Below, piece by piece: positions 14,401 to 27,279 of a stretch of DNA of 64,000 nucleotides; the first letter of the stretch is position 1; each line of letters starts with the position of its first letter. Made by a program: the position numbers and the translations under genes. This DNA comes from Eledone cirrhosa (lineage: Eukaryota), in NCBI GenBank assembly GCA_964016885.1, contig OZ024743.1:227230001-227294000 (forward strand), read 5' to 3'. The notes below the pieces were generated by a model, which was not told where the DNA came from, made no database searches, and worked only from the letters and a program-made list of their open reading frames with translations.

Positions 14401-14901
14401 TGGCAGTGCTACCGAGGGGCTCTACCCGTTCGAGAGAGGCTCTACAGACACGGGCGCCCGGGCAGGGATCCCTCAAAAAAGATTTGCCCTAGATGCGTGC
14501 GTCACGAAGAAACCGTGGCGCACGCATTGGTGCAATGTCCGGGCGTGGCTGATCTGTGGGGCTACGCCGAACAACTGCTGTCGCGGGTGGCGCCGATTAA
14601 ATTGACCGCCGAGTCCGTGATGACAATCAAACCGCCTCCCCTCTTCACAAAGGAAGCAAAGGCGGTTTTTCTGTGCGTAATAGCCATGTTGAAAGAGGTT
14701 GTTTGGTGGACACGATTGAAAGGTCTGAGGTCAGGCAACTTCCTCTCTGGCCATAGTCTGGTCTACTTCTTCCGATATCACTTCGGAAGAAGGATAAGAA
14801 TGGAGAGAGAGGTGCTTGGCCACAGGCAGTTTTATGAAAGGTGGGTGATAGTGGCGAGAATGGCTCGTGTAAATGGGCCTTCTCTGTATACCATCCTGTA
14901 G
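11464..14901 (+). CDS. LINE ORF2: AP endonuclease, reverse transcriptase and C-terminal zinc finger (Tx1-like)
   Basis: 1145 aa; APE motifs LNARGL, ICET, GDWN, SYLDRF, YTDH; GPGYWKLN; RT motifs KSPGLDG, FRPITLLN, DQSKAFDRV, QGCPLS, YADD; GGLG; CPRC...HALVQC. Confidence 0.95.
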   Translation: MDVLRVGCLNARGLGSTWKQAKLLNDLRSCSINVMVICETRISVMRQLAPTFDDFEVHASLCQPGGGGGVVVLLQKHLGLAVQVVHSDPEGRLLVLDVGSSESAALRLVAVYSPFGAERPDFFQRLETFLGTSRSLLLAGDWNDILDARWDYAGACPNRGGCNSLKGLLDRFNLVDRYRLDFPTVPTWTWRNHSGQSRSYLDRFLVRSKDRDILSCPEMRTVGYTDHKLVTCVVNLEKTHRQGPGYWKLNLSLPAKETYRNRISRLVKERLTGAIVNNRWWASLKREIRTESISYSKMLAANRNRNEKELTGKLEEAIKSEDVARVLASRTALNQFFDAKHEGCVIRSKIRALGNEGAKAVGWARVTEAKSGNRSTIRSLQDEDGRVIREPKQMCEAFQKHFARLFGGGEGPGRGVDFGPYLDGLPRLSNKEAESCEGPISADEIGDALSQCSRRKSPGLDGIPYELYLAMPVFFSELLEAVYCNWQQNGRIPCSVAKGVVTLVRKDENKGDSINNFRPITLLNTELKILAKVLAKRLALVVGGLVGDAQTCAIPSRSIHDNLHLMRYIIERVGNKPGFGGALINLDQSKAFDRVDHGYLDAVLAAAGFGPVFRGWITALHSNHICSRIKVNGYLSKPFEITRSIRQGCPLSSLLYVLTLEPLLRKLELLQGIPLEPGLSKAVSAYADDVTVMVSTDSEIEAIGTLLEEYERLSGAKLNREKSIGLQLGTWRGKPMPPDGVVGHWTEGPVKLLGVWFGPDLQVEKNWNEVTNKVFALTQKWAKCKLSLKGRAEVANIYIASVTYYRLTVVPCPKETLTTMERMLFQFLWKKRPPMVRRSICCQQPSKGGLGMPWLMMRRHALRLRHLQVFLTGQPVWAPFVKRAFPRLVSLTELQSWVKQRSGKLGDWHTECAQALRALWQAGRAIGGESTSSFYRGLVASSGDDTLGESLDMEEDELASLFGRTFGPGPMDNFQKSLAWQCYRGALPVRERLYRHGRPGRDPSKKICPRCVRHEETVAHALVQCPGVADLWGYAEQLLSRVAPIKLTAESVMTIKPPPLFTKEAKAVFLCVIAMLKEVVWWTRLKGLRSGNFLSGHSLVYFFRYHFGRRIRMEREVLGHRQFYERWVIVARMARVNGPSLYTIL

Positions 14902-15459
14902 GTAAAGAAGTAAAGGAGAGGGGAGCACCTTCTCCATGTGCTCCCCGGGCAAAGGATTGCACACTTTTTCGGGGGTGTGTGCAACCCCCATCACGTCCCC
15001 TCCCTTTTGAGGTTATTTTCGATTATTTTCATGTTACACCCTTTTTACTCGATTATATGTAAACTCCCCCTTTGTATTTGTCCCTTCTTTTTATGCCTTT
15101 ATGGTAAATAAAGAAATCTATCTATCTATCTATCTCCATGTCGCTCTTTCTCTCTCGCTCTCGCAATCTATCCATCTGCCATCATGTATGTATATTTGTG
15201 TGTGTCTGTGTTGAAACATAACTGTGTATCTCATTATGTGTGTACTAATATGCATACAGTCATATGTGCATGCATGTATGGTCCCCAGCCTTCTCAAAGA
15301 ATTGTAGGCTCACCATATTGACATAGGGCGTCTGTAGGTTAATTTTAAACCTGGCAGAGCACATACCTTTCCAGGTCTGAATACACCAGATTTCTTCCAG
15401 AGAAGGATAGATAATGAGACAGGAAGTGAGAAAGGGATATGGTGAAAGGATTGAATCGA

Positions 15460-15570
15460 GGACTAATTTAGGTACTTTTTTTATAGACCTCGAAAATATG
15501 AAAGCAAAGTTGACCTCGATGGGATTCGAACTCAAAGATCACTGAGCCGAAACTATTATCGCAAAGCATT
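15460..15570 (-). mobile_element. Degenerate Meta-domain-like SINE fragment
   Basis: GGTACTTTTTTATAGACC...GCAAAGTTGACCTCG...GATTCGAACTC. Confidence 0.55.
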
Positions 15571-15594
15571 CTATATAACGTTCACATAACACTG

Positions 15595-15646
<52 letters not shown>

Positions 15647-15652
15647 TTACAC

Positions 15653-15688
<36 letters not shown>

Positions 15689-16279
15689 ATATAAATGTAT
15701 ATATACACATACACACAAACATATATACGCACACACATAGACAAATTAAAATAGTGTGGCATTGTTATTGCCGACAATATATCACGCCACAGACAACACC
15801 ACGTTACAAATCATCGAAGCTACTATTAACTATTATAGCCTTTTACATCAAACCACATCCGCCTCCCCCGTCAGGCATTCAAAACCTCCACCACATACCA
15901 CCAACCTTCATCATAAACAGACAATATTTTACCCAACGCCAAATCAACCATTCTACCGCAAACAACGCCTGTAACAACAACAATACTATCTTCTAGCCAA
16001 TATAAAAGTGATAATGATTTGTTGTGGTGATTTTTTTAAAATATATAATGCTAGTTCTATGTTGTTATATAAACATGTTAAATAACATTAGTTGATGTAT
16101 TCAATACATTTGTGGAACATTACTTGCGGTGATTATACAGCTTTGTATATCATGCCTCACTTTTCACTGTTGCATCATCTCTCTCTTTCTCTCTACCAGT
16201 CCTCTCTCTCTCTCTATCTATATATGTATCTATCTATCTATATATATATATATATATATATCACTCACTCTCTCCCTCA

Positions 16280-16368
<89 letters not shown>

Positions 16369-16689
16369 AACATACATATACATTTATTGCTATTTATTTA
16401 TCCAATTACCATTTAAATTACAAACACACGTAAGCACAATAACTGACATCCACATACGAATACATACATGCATACATACATACACACATATAAATGTTTA
16501 TATGTCTAGCAAATCACACGCATACACACATACACACAAACACATCCATACATAGCTACGTGTGTTGTATTTGTTTTTAATTGTTATTTGGAGTGTGAGG
16601 GAGAGAATCCTTTTGACTGAAATAGAATCGTCTTTTCCATAGATTACGCTACGGAACTTGTATTTGTATGGATGATTATAGAGACATAC

Positions 16690-16723
<34 letters not shown>

Positions 16724-16826
16724 TAACATACACACATATAGATATATGTAAATATATATATATACATATACATATACATATATATACATACATAATACAC
16801 ACACACACATACACACACACACACAC

Positions 16827-16867
<41 letters not shown>

Positions 16868-17174
16868 CATAAATGCATACATACGCACATAGGTATGTAT
16901 GCATGTATGTACGTATGTATGTATGTACATACAAACATACATACATACATATATATATATATATACCTATGCATATATGAGGTTGGCAATTTCTCTCCTT
17001 ATTTTTCTCCATTTAAATAATTTCTATATATCGTTGTTATCGATTCTTTTCATATGGACTATTGTATTTTTATATTGATTCCGCTTGTTTTATTCTATCG
17101 ATTTAATTCATTGTACATTCGATTTTTCATTGGTTGACGATGTAGTAAGCAACAACAGGTAGCAGCAGCTACCC

Positions 17175-18790
17175 AGGTGATGGTAGTGGTGGTGGTGGTG
17201 GTGGTGGTGGTTGTGTGTATGTGGGGGGGGGGTCGTGGTGGCTGTGGTAGTGGTGGTGTTGTTGTTGTTGGTTGCGGTAATGGTGGTGTCCTCGTGGTGA
17301 CTGTGGTAATGGTGGTGGCGGTGGTGGTGGTAGTTGGTTGGGATGGTGATGCTGGTTGTGGTGATGTTAGCTGTGGTGTTGGTTATGGTTGTGATGTTGG
17401 TGGTAGTTGTTGATGTAGTAGTGATGGTGGTGGAGTTGGTTGTGGTGGTGTTGGTGGTTGTGGTCGTCTTGGTTGTGGTTGTGGTGTTGGTGGTGGTTGT
17501 TGATGTAGTAGTGGTGGTGGTGGTGGTGGTTGTGGTGGTGTTGGTGGTTGTGGTGGTGTTTGTTGTGGTGGTTTTTGATGTAGTAGTGGTGGTGGTGTTG
17601 GTTGTGTTGGTGGTTGTGGTCGTCTTGGTTGGGGTTGTGGTGTTGGTGGTGGTTGTTGATGTAGTAGTGGTGGTGGTGGTGGTGGTGGTGGTGGTTGTTG
17701 ATGTAGTAGTGGTGGTGGTGTTGTTTGTGGTGGTGTTGGTGGTTGTGGTCGTCTTGGTTGGGGTTGTGGTGTTGGTGGTGGTTGTTGATGTAGTAGTGGT
17801 GGTGGTGGTGGTGGTGGTTGTTGATGTAGTAGTGGTGGTGGTGTTGTTTGTGGTGGTGTTGGTTGTGGCTGTGGTGTTGGTGGTGGTTGTTGATGTAGTA
17901 GTGGTGGTGGTGGTGATGGTGGTGGTGGTGGTTGTGGTGGTGTTGATTGTGGTTGTGGTGTAGGTGGTGGTGGTTGATGTAGTAGTGGTGGTGGTGTTGT
18001 TGTGGTGGTGTTGGTGGTTGTGGTGGTGTTGGTTGTGGTTGTAGTGTTGTTGGTGGTTGATGATGTGGTGGTGGTGTTGATGTAGTAGTAGTGGTGGTGG
18101 TGGTGGTGGTGGTTGTGGTGATGTTGGTGGTTGTGGTGGTGTTGGTTGTGGTGGTGTTGATGTTTGTGGTGGTGTTGGTTGTGGTTGTGGTGTTGGTGGT
18201 GGTTGTTGATGTAGTAGTGGTAGTGGTGGTGGTTGTGTTGGTGTTGGTGGTTGTGGTGGTGTTGGTTGTGGTTGTGGTGTTGGTGGTGGTTGTTGATGTA
18301 GTAGTGGTAGTGGTGGTGGTGGTTGTGGTGGTGTTGGTGTTTGTGGTAGTGTTGGTTGTGGTTGTAGTGTTGTTGGTGGTTGTTGATGTAGTAGTGGTGG
18401 TGGTGGTGTTGTTGTGGTGGTGTTGGTGGTTGTGGTGGTTGGTGTTGGTTGTGGTTGTAGTGTTGTTGGTGGTTGTTGATGTAGTAGTGGTGGTGGTGTT
18501 GGATGTGGTGATGTTGGTGGTTGTGGTGGTGTTGGTTGTGGTTGTGGTGTTGGTGGTGGTTTTGGTGCTGTTTTTGATAATGATGTAGCTGATAGTGGGG
18601 ATGATGATAGTGGTGGTGTTATGGTGTGTAGGGATTGTCGTTGTGGTCATGTTGCTGCTGGTGGTGGTGATGTTGATTGTGGTAGTGTTGTCGTTGGTAG
18701 GGCCGTGACGTTGCTTGCGGTAGTGTTATGGCTGTCTGTGATGGTGGTCATACTGGGGATGATATGTGGTGGTGTGATGGTGGTGGAGTC
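17175..18790. repeat. Long (GTG/GTT)n trinucleotide minisatellite
   Basis: Recurrent GTTGTTGATGTAGTAGTGGTG units; produces spurious poly-V/H/T ORFs. Confidence 0.9.
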
Positions 18791-19109
18791 GAGACAACAC
18801 CCTAAAACGATCAGTTTGTTTAAAGAAGCATTAAATAAAACTGACGTTAAACAAACAAAGCACTCAAACAACAATAGAATATCAATAATTATTAAAGCAA
18901 AGAATGACAAAAGACCTAGAAACTGAATGTTGAGCTAAGACAACAAAGACTAAGATGGCGAATGTTCGAGAACAATGAGGGAAGCAGTGACAGTTAATCT
19001 GTATAATAATTTTAAAATGAGATATATTATATCTATTTATCTATGTAGTTTTATTTCATGTTGCTCCAGTCTACGAATACGAACATACTCACGCACATAC
19101 TCACACATA

Positions 19110-19150
<41 letters not shown>

Positions 19151-19156
<6 letters not shown>

Positions 19157-19345
19157 GGAATTGTGGTAAGGAACCAGATGGACCATAACGCACAGAGTAC
19201 TCAATACTTAGGGTAGTAGAGTGGGAAATAGGAAAAAGTATGACCCCGATGACAGAGCTCAAGCCGTTTCGACGGCTATTTTTGGACTAAGTCCAGAAAT
19301 AGCCGTCGAAACGGCTTGAGCTCTGCCGTCGGTGTCATACTTTTT

Positions 19346-19350
<5 letters not shown>
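19151..19350. mobile_element. TA-flanked palindromic insert, family B, carrying mirrored hammerhead 3' halves
   Basis: 61-bp arms 19228-19288/19290-19350; GAAA-CGGC...GCCG-TC forms stem III plus GUC; homologue at 35180-35385. Confidence 0.75.
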
Positions 19351-19390
<40 letters not shown>

Positions 19391-20609
19391 CAAAACGAAG
19401 AAATGCAACGATAGATAGATTGTATGCTTTTTTTTAAAAATAAATAGACACTATAAGAGTAGAAGTTCAGGTGAGTTTCAGGATCAACTAAGGAAAAAAG
19501 ATAACAGCATACAATGCCATACGGAAGTTGCTCTCAGAGAAGGCCACTTTATCATGTATATTCCTCCATAATAACATGCCAAAAACTATCACACTAAAAT
19601 ATTTCCGATTAACTATTGTATACCAAAGAATGCATTGTAGTTATCTGCTAAGTGGTGGCCTTGGTATGTCAGGAGAAACAGATTTGTATAATACATAAGT
19701 AGTACGGACGACGTAGGCATGACATTCGTTATTCTTAGACTACAATACCTAATGTTATAAAATAAGAATAAAAATGGTTGTGGAAGGTGGAAAAGCAGTC
19801 CACTTAACCGCTGATCTTCTCGGAGTGTGTGACGGACTAGCAATAACTTCGTTGAGAATAAATAGGAAAGGATGTATCATGATCTATTTTATAGACCTGA
19901 TTGAGTAGAATTATGATCAATGGCGTTCAAATTATTAGCAACCTAACTTTTTAGGGGCGTCTAGTACTACATTATCCAATGTACCCTTTTTTGTTTAATG
20001 TATTATTGTATGAGGTTTGTCTGCTGTTTCTAGCAACTTAAGCTGCCATATAATGGTTCCTTCTTTCTCTCTTGTAATTGTAGTTTGTAGAATAGAAATA
20101 TTTAGGTAAGATCTGACTGAGAAAGTTTAATGTTAAAGATATTTTTAAGGTTTTGTTTCTGTTCAGTCTAAGACGAACTCCGATTCAGCAACCGTATGCT
20201 TACATTGAAGTGTTCGGTGAATCCATCTGTGACTACATTATCTAACGTATTCTTCCTTTTATTCAATGCTGAGATGTGATTTGAGGGAGATATGTACAAA
20301 CATATAATCATACATACATTCATATATGGAAGAAGAGAGCTTGGTACTTGCTTTATCGATCCCAAAATGATGAAAGCTAAAGAGGGGCCTCACCAGTATA
20401 TCTCGTACGCAAACATGCAGAAAGAATATCCTACACTCAGCCCGTGCTACATTGACCCGGGGCTACGGTAAATTACACTTAACTAAGAGGTCACGCAGTG
20501 GGATCGATGCTGTAAACTAATGATTAACAAGCCAATTCTTTGGCTATTTGGCCATATACATTTATATATATATACACATTTACATGAGTACGCGCGCGCA
20601 CACACACAT

Positions 20610-20830
20610 GGTTGGGTTATGTTCTTGAGCGTGTTATTTTATTTTCACGCTCCTCCCAGTCGACTCAACTGGAAAAAAATATGATTTGTAACTATAATTC
20701 AAAGGACCAGCCTTGTCACACGCTGTGTCAATCTTAATTTCCTGGAGAATTACGTTAAGAGTACATGTGACTATGGAATGCTTAGCTACTTGCACAATTT
20801 CCATAAGCAGGTTGTTCCGTTGTTCAAACA
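20610..20830 (+). mobile_element. SINE body fragment related to the second SINE family
   Basis: TTCTTGAGC...TTTATTTTCACGCTCCTCCCAGTCGACTCAACTGGAAAA resembles 29270-29330 and 24120-24180. Confidence 0.5.
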
Positions 20831-21587
20831 ATTGGAATGCACGTCATCAAAAAATGACGGAGGACCCACACAGTCTGTCAAATATTCGGCCATACTGCAG
20901 CAGATGTTGTTGCTGTTGCTGCTGCTCTTGCAGCAAGTTCTTTAACAGCAGTATTCAAAATACACAGGTGACAACATACTTCATCACAATCACCTTCATC
21001 ATCATCGGCTACAGTTATGAACCCACCAAAAACACCCCCACAAACAACAAACAATAAAAATACCAACAACTGCAACAACAATACCGAAGCGAAAAGCCAC
21101 ACAAAACAAATATAAAAATATAAATATAAATACATATAACTACATAGACACTTTTTTTTTTTTTTTTTCTTCTGAAAAGAAAAATGCCACAAATATTATT
21201 ATTATTATTTTGTCATTCTTTGAAAAGATATAAACAGAAGAGAAAAAATATTTTTGGGGGGCTCTTTTGTTGCTGTTTTTTTTTTATGTAGGTGACGGCG
21301 GTGGCTGGTTGTTTCTCTTCTTGTTGTTCTTGTTCTTATTCCCACCCTCAAAGTAGCTAACTAGATGGAATCTTATCTATCAGAAGTGAGGTCACGGTTT
21401 TCATGTTCGACATCTTTGAATTTCAGTGGTTTTGTTTACACATACACACACACATACACAGACGCACCCATACATACACACACACACATCCACAGTTACA
21501 TACACACATATACACTCATGCACACACACACATACACACACACTCACACTCACCTACACACACACATACACACAAATATATATATAT

Positions 21588-21622
<35 letters not shown>

Positions 21623-23638
21623 ACTATATCGTTGCTATGTAAATTTATATATATATATATATATGTATATAAACAAATGAATATATGTATATACATATAC
21701 ATATATATACATATATACAATATACAATATACAGAGATAGCTGTATATATAAACATATCTATATATATACATACATATATACAAACATGCGAACTTACAT
21801 ACATACATAAATAAATAAATACTCATATAATATCTTTTCATATAATATCCTTGATGGTATGATTAATCTCTTGTCAACATCATTGAAATGGACATTAATT
21901 TCATCACTGCAAGAAAATATGACTAGTTTTCCCATCAATCCATAGGTTATATAGTAGAATTGTCATTCTCTAAGCAATACAAAAAAAAAAAACAAAAAAA
22001 CTCGATCATGCTTTGTGTTGTTTTTATTGTGTTTCTTGTGTTTTTATTTATTTGTTATTGTTTTGTTTTTTTGTTGTTGTTGGTTTTCTATTTATTTATA
22101 TGTATTGTTGTAGACGATGAAACTATGATAAAGTTATGTCAGTTACCCATCATCACTATATATACCTCCCTTCCTCTATCACGATTCTATTCCCTATCAA
22201 CCCCTTATCCATCGACCGACTCACAAATATCTAACTCTTTCTCACTGTATTATTTTGTCTTACTTTTCATTTTGCTTTTTTCTCTTTTCTTTCCCTTTAT
22301 CTCTTTTTAGTTTCTTTAAACGAAATTCTTCCTTTGTGAAAGTATGTAATAAATACATAAATAATAAATAAATATACAAAGAATAAAATAGATAAATAAA
22401 TAAAAGAAAATACATACGTAACAACCGAAAACATAATCTAACAAGAGTTTGCATGGTTGTTGGTTGACCCTGGGGGTCAAAAGCTGCGAACTGCTAGAGT
22501 TAGTAACTTCAGAATATGTCATTGCTTTGTAGTTATTAATGTTGTTGATGTTGCTGTTTTTGTTGTTGGGGGTGGTGGTGGTGGTGTTAGTGGTGCCGTT
22601 GTAGTTATTGATGTTGTTGTTGTTGTTGCTGTTGTTGGTGTTGTTGTTGCTGTTGTTGTAGTTGTTATTCCATTACGTCTTTGAGACTCTTCTTTTCATC
22701 ACGTGTCAGCACGTCGAAACCATGGTCCTGAGGTTATACTAGGAAGATGTTACATAGAGGACAGAACCCGCCATGATATATGTGCTGTTGCTTTTTTTCT
22801 CGATAGTTTCTAGCCAGTTTCTTCTGCATCACCAGGTGCATATACGTATTTTTGACGCGTGTGCAGTATTGTATGTTTTTCAAGTAGTCTGTCAATTGCT
22901 ATAGTCTACGACTGCTAGTGTACAACATAAGTCTTGTTTTATGATGGGGTTTAACTTGATGTTACGAGTGTTAATTAATTATAGAAGAGGTATATTGTGT
23001 GTTGTGTTTCTTCGTTGGGTGGTGAGTTAGTTTCTGTGTGTAGTGTAATCGATGTTATATGCTTTATTGTCGTGTGCTTCTTCTGCGGTGTGTGGCTTGT
23101 GCAGCATGAATATGTTGCGACTATATAGAAGCTTGCTTGTGTGTGTTATTGGTATTGCAGGCTATTGGTTGTGTAAGACTATTAGTTGTGTTATTTTATT
23201 GGGTATTAATCTTGTAGATTATATCTTCTGTAAATTGTGATATTTTATTAACTGTGTATTTTACAGGAAGTGTTTTGCGTGTATGGAAACTACCGTTTCT
23301 GTAATACTATCGAATCAATAATATTATACGCAATACGTGGGCTGTTTCTCACAGAGATATTTTTAAAGCTGTGTATCATTATGAACCCTGGTAAGGCTTG
23401 CATAATTTTGTTCTTATTTTTTCATCATACCAACTGCTCCAGTTATTATTGGCACTGTTTCTACCTTCACACTCAACATCTTGTTTATTTCGATTTGGAC
23501 GGTTTGGCTTGATTTTCATGCCAGTTCAGATGGACACATCCCAAATTATTGAAGCTTTATTGTTATTCTGTACAACGTTTATATATGCTTATACAACTTC
23601 TTGCACGCTTTTATCATCATACTTTTTTACATTTGTAC

Positions 23639-23777
<139 letters not shown>

Positions 23778-23926
23778 TGTGCGTGTGTGTGTGTTATATA
23801 TAACAATATGTATGTTTATTTATATAAGTATGTATATATATATGTATATCTTCTTATCATCATCATCATCATCATCATCATCATCTTCTTCTTCTTCTTC
23901 TTCTTCTTCTTCTTCTTCTTCTTCTT

Positions 23927-24115
23927 CTACGCCCAATTATTCCCGAGGGCCTCGTGGGGACAGAGTTCTCAAACGCTCCTTACAGCGGATCCTGTCAGAA
24001 GTAACTGATGAATCTTATCCAAGCATCTTGCTCGAGGTCTGCCCCTACGTTTGCTGTCGGTTGGTTGAGCCCGTAAAATGTATCCAGCGATTCTTTCCTG
24101 GGATGCGCGATATGT
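23927..24115 (-). mobile_element. RTE-clade LINE 3' fragment with a (GAA)n/(GAT)n tail
   Basis: Minus-strand translation ...QERIAGYILRAQPTDSKRRGRPRARCLDKI; similar to 63290-63690. Confidence 0.65.
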
Positions 24116-24815
24116 TTATCCTTGAGCAATACACTTTATTTCACGTTACTCCAATCCACCCAGCTGGAAAAAATGAGTTGCAATGATTTGGGTTTCAGTC
24201 TGTATTACCCTAGTAGTCTGTATTACATTAGTAGCGCAGGAAGTTGAGACCCGTATGCATAAACGGCAGCTGGTCGTCCACAAAACATCTCATCCGTGCT
24301 TTAAACCAGGAGAAGACCATTCCGTATGCAACCCTATGGTCAGCCATTGCCGAGGTGGGCCCCTGTTAATTACACAACGTGTTACAGGATCAACAATTGT
24401 ATCACTAAGTGGATCTTTCTATTACAGAGTATTATTGCGATCAAAGAGGATATCTTTTCTTTTTTCTTTTCATGCCACATCATATCTAATATGCGATGAA
24501 TGTTTATGTGTGTCAGTGCACGTGTGTCTTTCTGTATATTCTTATCGTTCCTCAATTTTTTTTTATCACAAAGTATCGTAAGTAAAGTATTATAGCAATT
24601 GCATTTCCACGAAAAAACGCATGGATGTGATGTTGGTCTGGTTCTCGAGGACGAGATTTTCTCACTAAAATGTATTTAACAGTGGCAAAGTATTTTATTC
24701 GTGGGGTTTAATTGGTTGTCACAATAAAAGTGCGGCTTTACACAGAGTGTTTCAAGTATAAGTGAGGTATGAGGAAAGAAAATAATCTAGATTTGAAGAT
24801 TATGATTATATAGAC

Positions 24816-24994
24816 CAGGCATGTCAAACATGCGGCCCTTTACAATTACACCAGCGGCCCGCATGTTTTATCTTCGTTTATATAAAATATAAAAAATTAG
24901 TTGTAATGTGCGAAATTAGTTGTCGTGTGTGGTCCTCAGACAACACATATGTGACCCATGTAGACCCCGGGGGACCCTCAGCTTGACATGCCTG
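24816..24994. mobile_element. hAT (Charlie-like) MITE, 179 bp
   Basis: TIRs CAGGCATGTCAA/TTGACATGCCTG; perfect 8-bp TSD ATATAGAC at 24808-24815 and 24995-25002. Confidence 0.9.
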
Positions 24995-25804
24995 ATATAG
25001 ACTATAACTGATTATATCTGGCTAGGAAGAAAATTGTTAAGTAAAGTTAAGTGAAATCACCATCAACTGGTATCGAACATATATATCCAATTCTATACAC
25101 ACAACATAAGATTTACCACAATTCAAAGGATTTCGTGCCAAAGCAGATTACAAATACGCTAGCAAATGTTAGTTATATCATATTCTATACACAGAAACAA
25201 TATATCAAATCAGCATGCCGGTTGTAAAGACTAAAAATAACAATAAATAAAATAAAACATAAAAGCAACAAAATATTTAAAAATGTAGAATTGATAATAT
25301 GATATCAATTAATCTTCATATCACACATTTTTTAGTTTCTCTTTATTAGAACAATAGTCATAACAATTGAAGCGTGATATCATGTGATAAATGTCATATC
25401 AGAATGAAAGAGAGGAAGCGAGAGAGAATGAGAGAAAGGGAGATCGGTGAGATAAACGTGCTACTTATCCAAGCGTGGTATTAAGACAAAAGCGGAATTC
25501 GGTATAAAAATAACTACTAGTCAGTTCTTATCTGGCTTAATATTTCTGGCCATTAGTCACAGATAGGATACACACACTGACACACGCTTACACACATTAA
25601 CACACGCTTACACACACACTCAGACGCATACACACGCACATTCAAACATACGCACTGGCAGACATAATCGCATTCAAACGTATAAGTATATACATATACA
25701 TATACACACTCGCGTACTGGCATATTTACATACATGCACACCTATATATACATTTATATACATATATATATATGTGTGTGTGGGTGTGTGTGTGTGTGTG
25801 CGTG

Positions 25805-25839
<35 letters not shown>

Positions 25840-25867
25840 GTGTGTGTGTATGTGTATATATATATAT

Positions 25868-26132
25868 TAGAAAGTGAGGTTTTTTTACAAAATGAAAAGT
25901 AACCGAGGTGTCCCACACGAGTGAAAGTATAGAGAAAAAAGGATGAAATCGAAAATGCAACTGGAGTCTTGTTTTTTAAAATATATATATATTTATTTGG
26001 TTCCTTTACCGGTTTCGCAGTTCTCCTGCTTTTCAAAAGTAGAGTTGTGAAACCGGTAAAGGAACCAAATAAATATATATATTTTTAAAAACAAGACTCC
26101 AGTTACATTTTCGATTTCATCTTTTTTTCTTT
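25868..26132. mobile_element. Family A TA-embedded element with inverted duplication and a U3-A8 hammerhead motif (26003-26040, - strand)
   Basis: Arms ~25933-26016/26049-26132; minus strand reads TTGAAAA-GCAG-GAGAA-CTGC-GAAA-CCGG-TA-AAGG. Confidence 0.75.
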
Positions 26133-26140
26133 ATATATAT

Positions 26141-26280
26141 ATAGTAATAATAATAAATTTGAAGACTAAAATCCAAAGAGGGCTCGATAAGGATAAATAT
26201 ATATCAAATATATAAGAACCGTAGAGCAAATATTTATTAAAATAACAGATTAAAGTTCAAGCAAAGAATCGCTGCTTTCA
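26141..26280 (-). mobile_element. Fragment of a Helitron-associated repeat
   Basis: Near-identical to 63740-63880; shares the AAGCAAAGAATCGCTGCTTTC module with 34540-34760 and 38600-38648. Confidence 0.6.
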
Positions 26281-27050
26281 GAAAGCCGTTCATTTTGACT
26301 ACAGAATATTGTCTAATGACAGGTTATATAGCCGTCTGTACGGAGAAAATCATTATATGTTGGAAGACGCTACTATGCATATTGAGGCAACAATCGGGTG
26401 AGGAGTGAGATAACAGAGATTACGTGGAGAAGGGAACTAAAAAAGAATAAGAGATAATGTTAACTTGGAAATATTTATTAATCCCAATATATATAAGATG
26501 TATCATAAAATAACAAGAGATTCCTTTGCAAATGTGGGAGAGGACCCTTCTATGATTCTCTGTGGTTCACTCCCTCACATACACATCCTCCAGTACCTAT
26601 ATACCACCTGACTTCAGCTTGACAAATCACGGATAATATACACATTTAGTGCTGACATAGACATTCCCACGAGTTCACATAACACATACACACACCTTTT
26701 AACAAAGTATATATGAATATTTACATAATTAAATATATATACGCGGAATAACCATTAAATACATATCTTATTTATCTCGCTTTTATTTTCACGAGTTCTT
26801 ATACAAAGTAACGAGGGACAACCTTTCTATTCCGGTGATGAAAAGTAGATCCAAATAGGATATTATAAAACTTTATGCCAAATATAAGGGCAATGCTTCG
26901 AAACCTAAGCTATCGTTCAACTGAGTCGAATATACGTTAATATCTCAGCTCAGTTGATAATATAGAACATTCTTTTCATTCACTTTTGAACGGCAAATAT
27001 TGACTCTACACACACACACATATAAACACACAAACACACACACACAAACA

Positions 27051-27169
<119 letters not shown>

Positions 27170-27226
27170 TCTCTCTCTCTCTATCTCTTTCTCCCTCTCT
27201 CACACACACACATATATATATATATA

Positions 27227-27275
<49 letters not shown>

Positions 27276-27279
27276 GTCA

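Larger units (their letters stand above)
9316..15115 (+). mobile_element. Full-length Tx1/L1-clade non-LTR retrotransposon inserted in a (TATC)n microsatellite
   Basis: Two long intact ORFs; AATAAA at 15107-15112; identical 22-mer ATCTATCTATCTATCTATCTCC at 9294-9315 and 15116-15137 (putative TSD). Confidence 0.92.

Noticed and set aside
10278-14605. Antisense and alternate-frame ORFs overlapping the LINE
   Set aside because: Shadow ORFs of GC-rich or skewed coding sequence
17334-18650. Long poly-V, poly-H and poly-T ORFs (also at 31354, 45589, 56278)
   Set aside because: Stop-poor trinucleotide repeats open in several frames and on both strands; no domain or splice evidence
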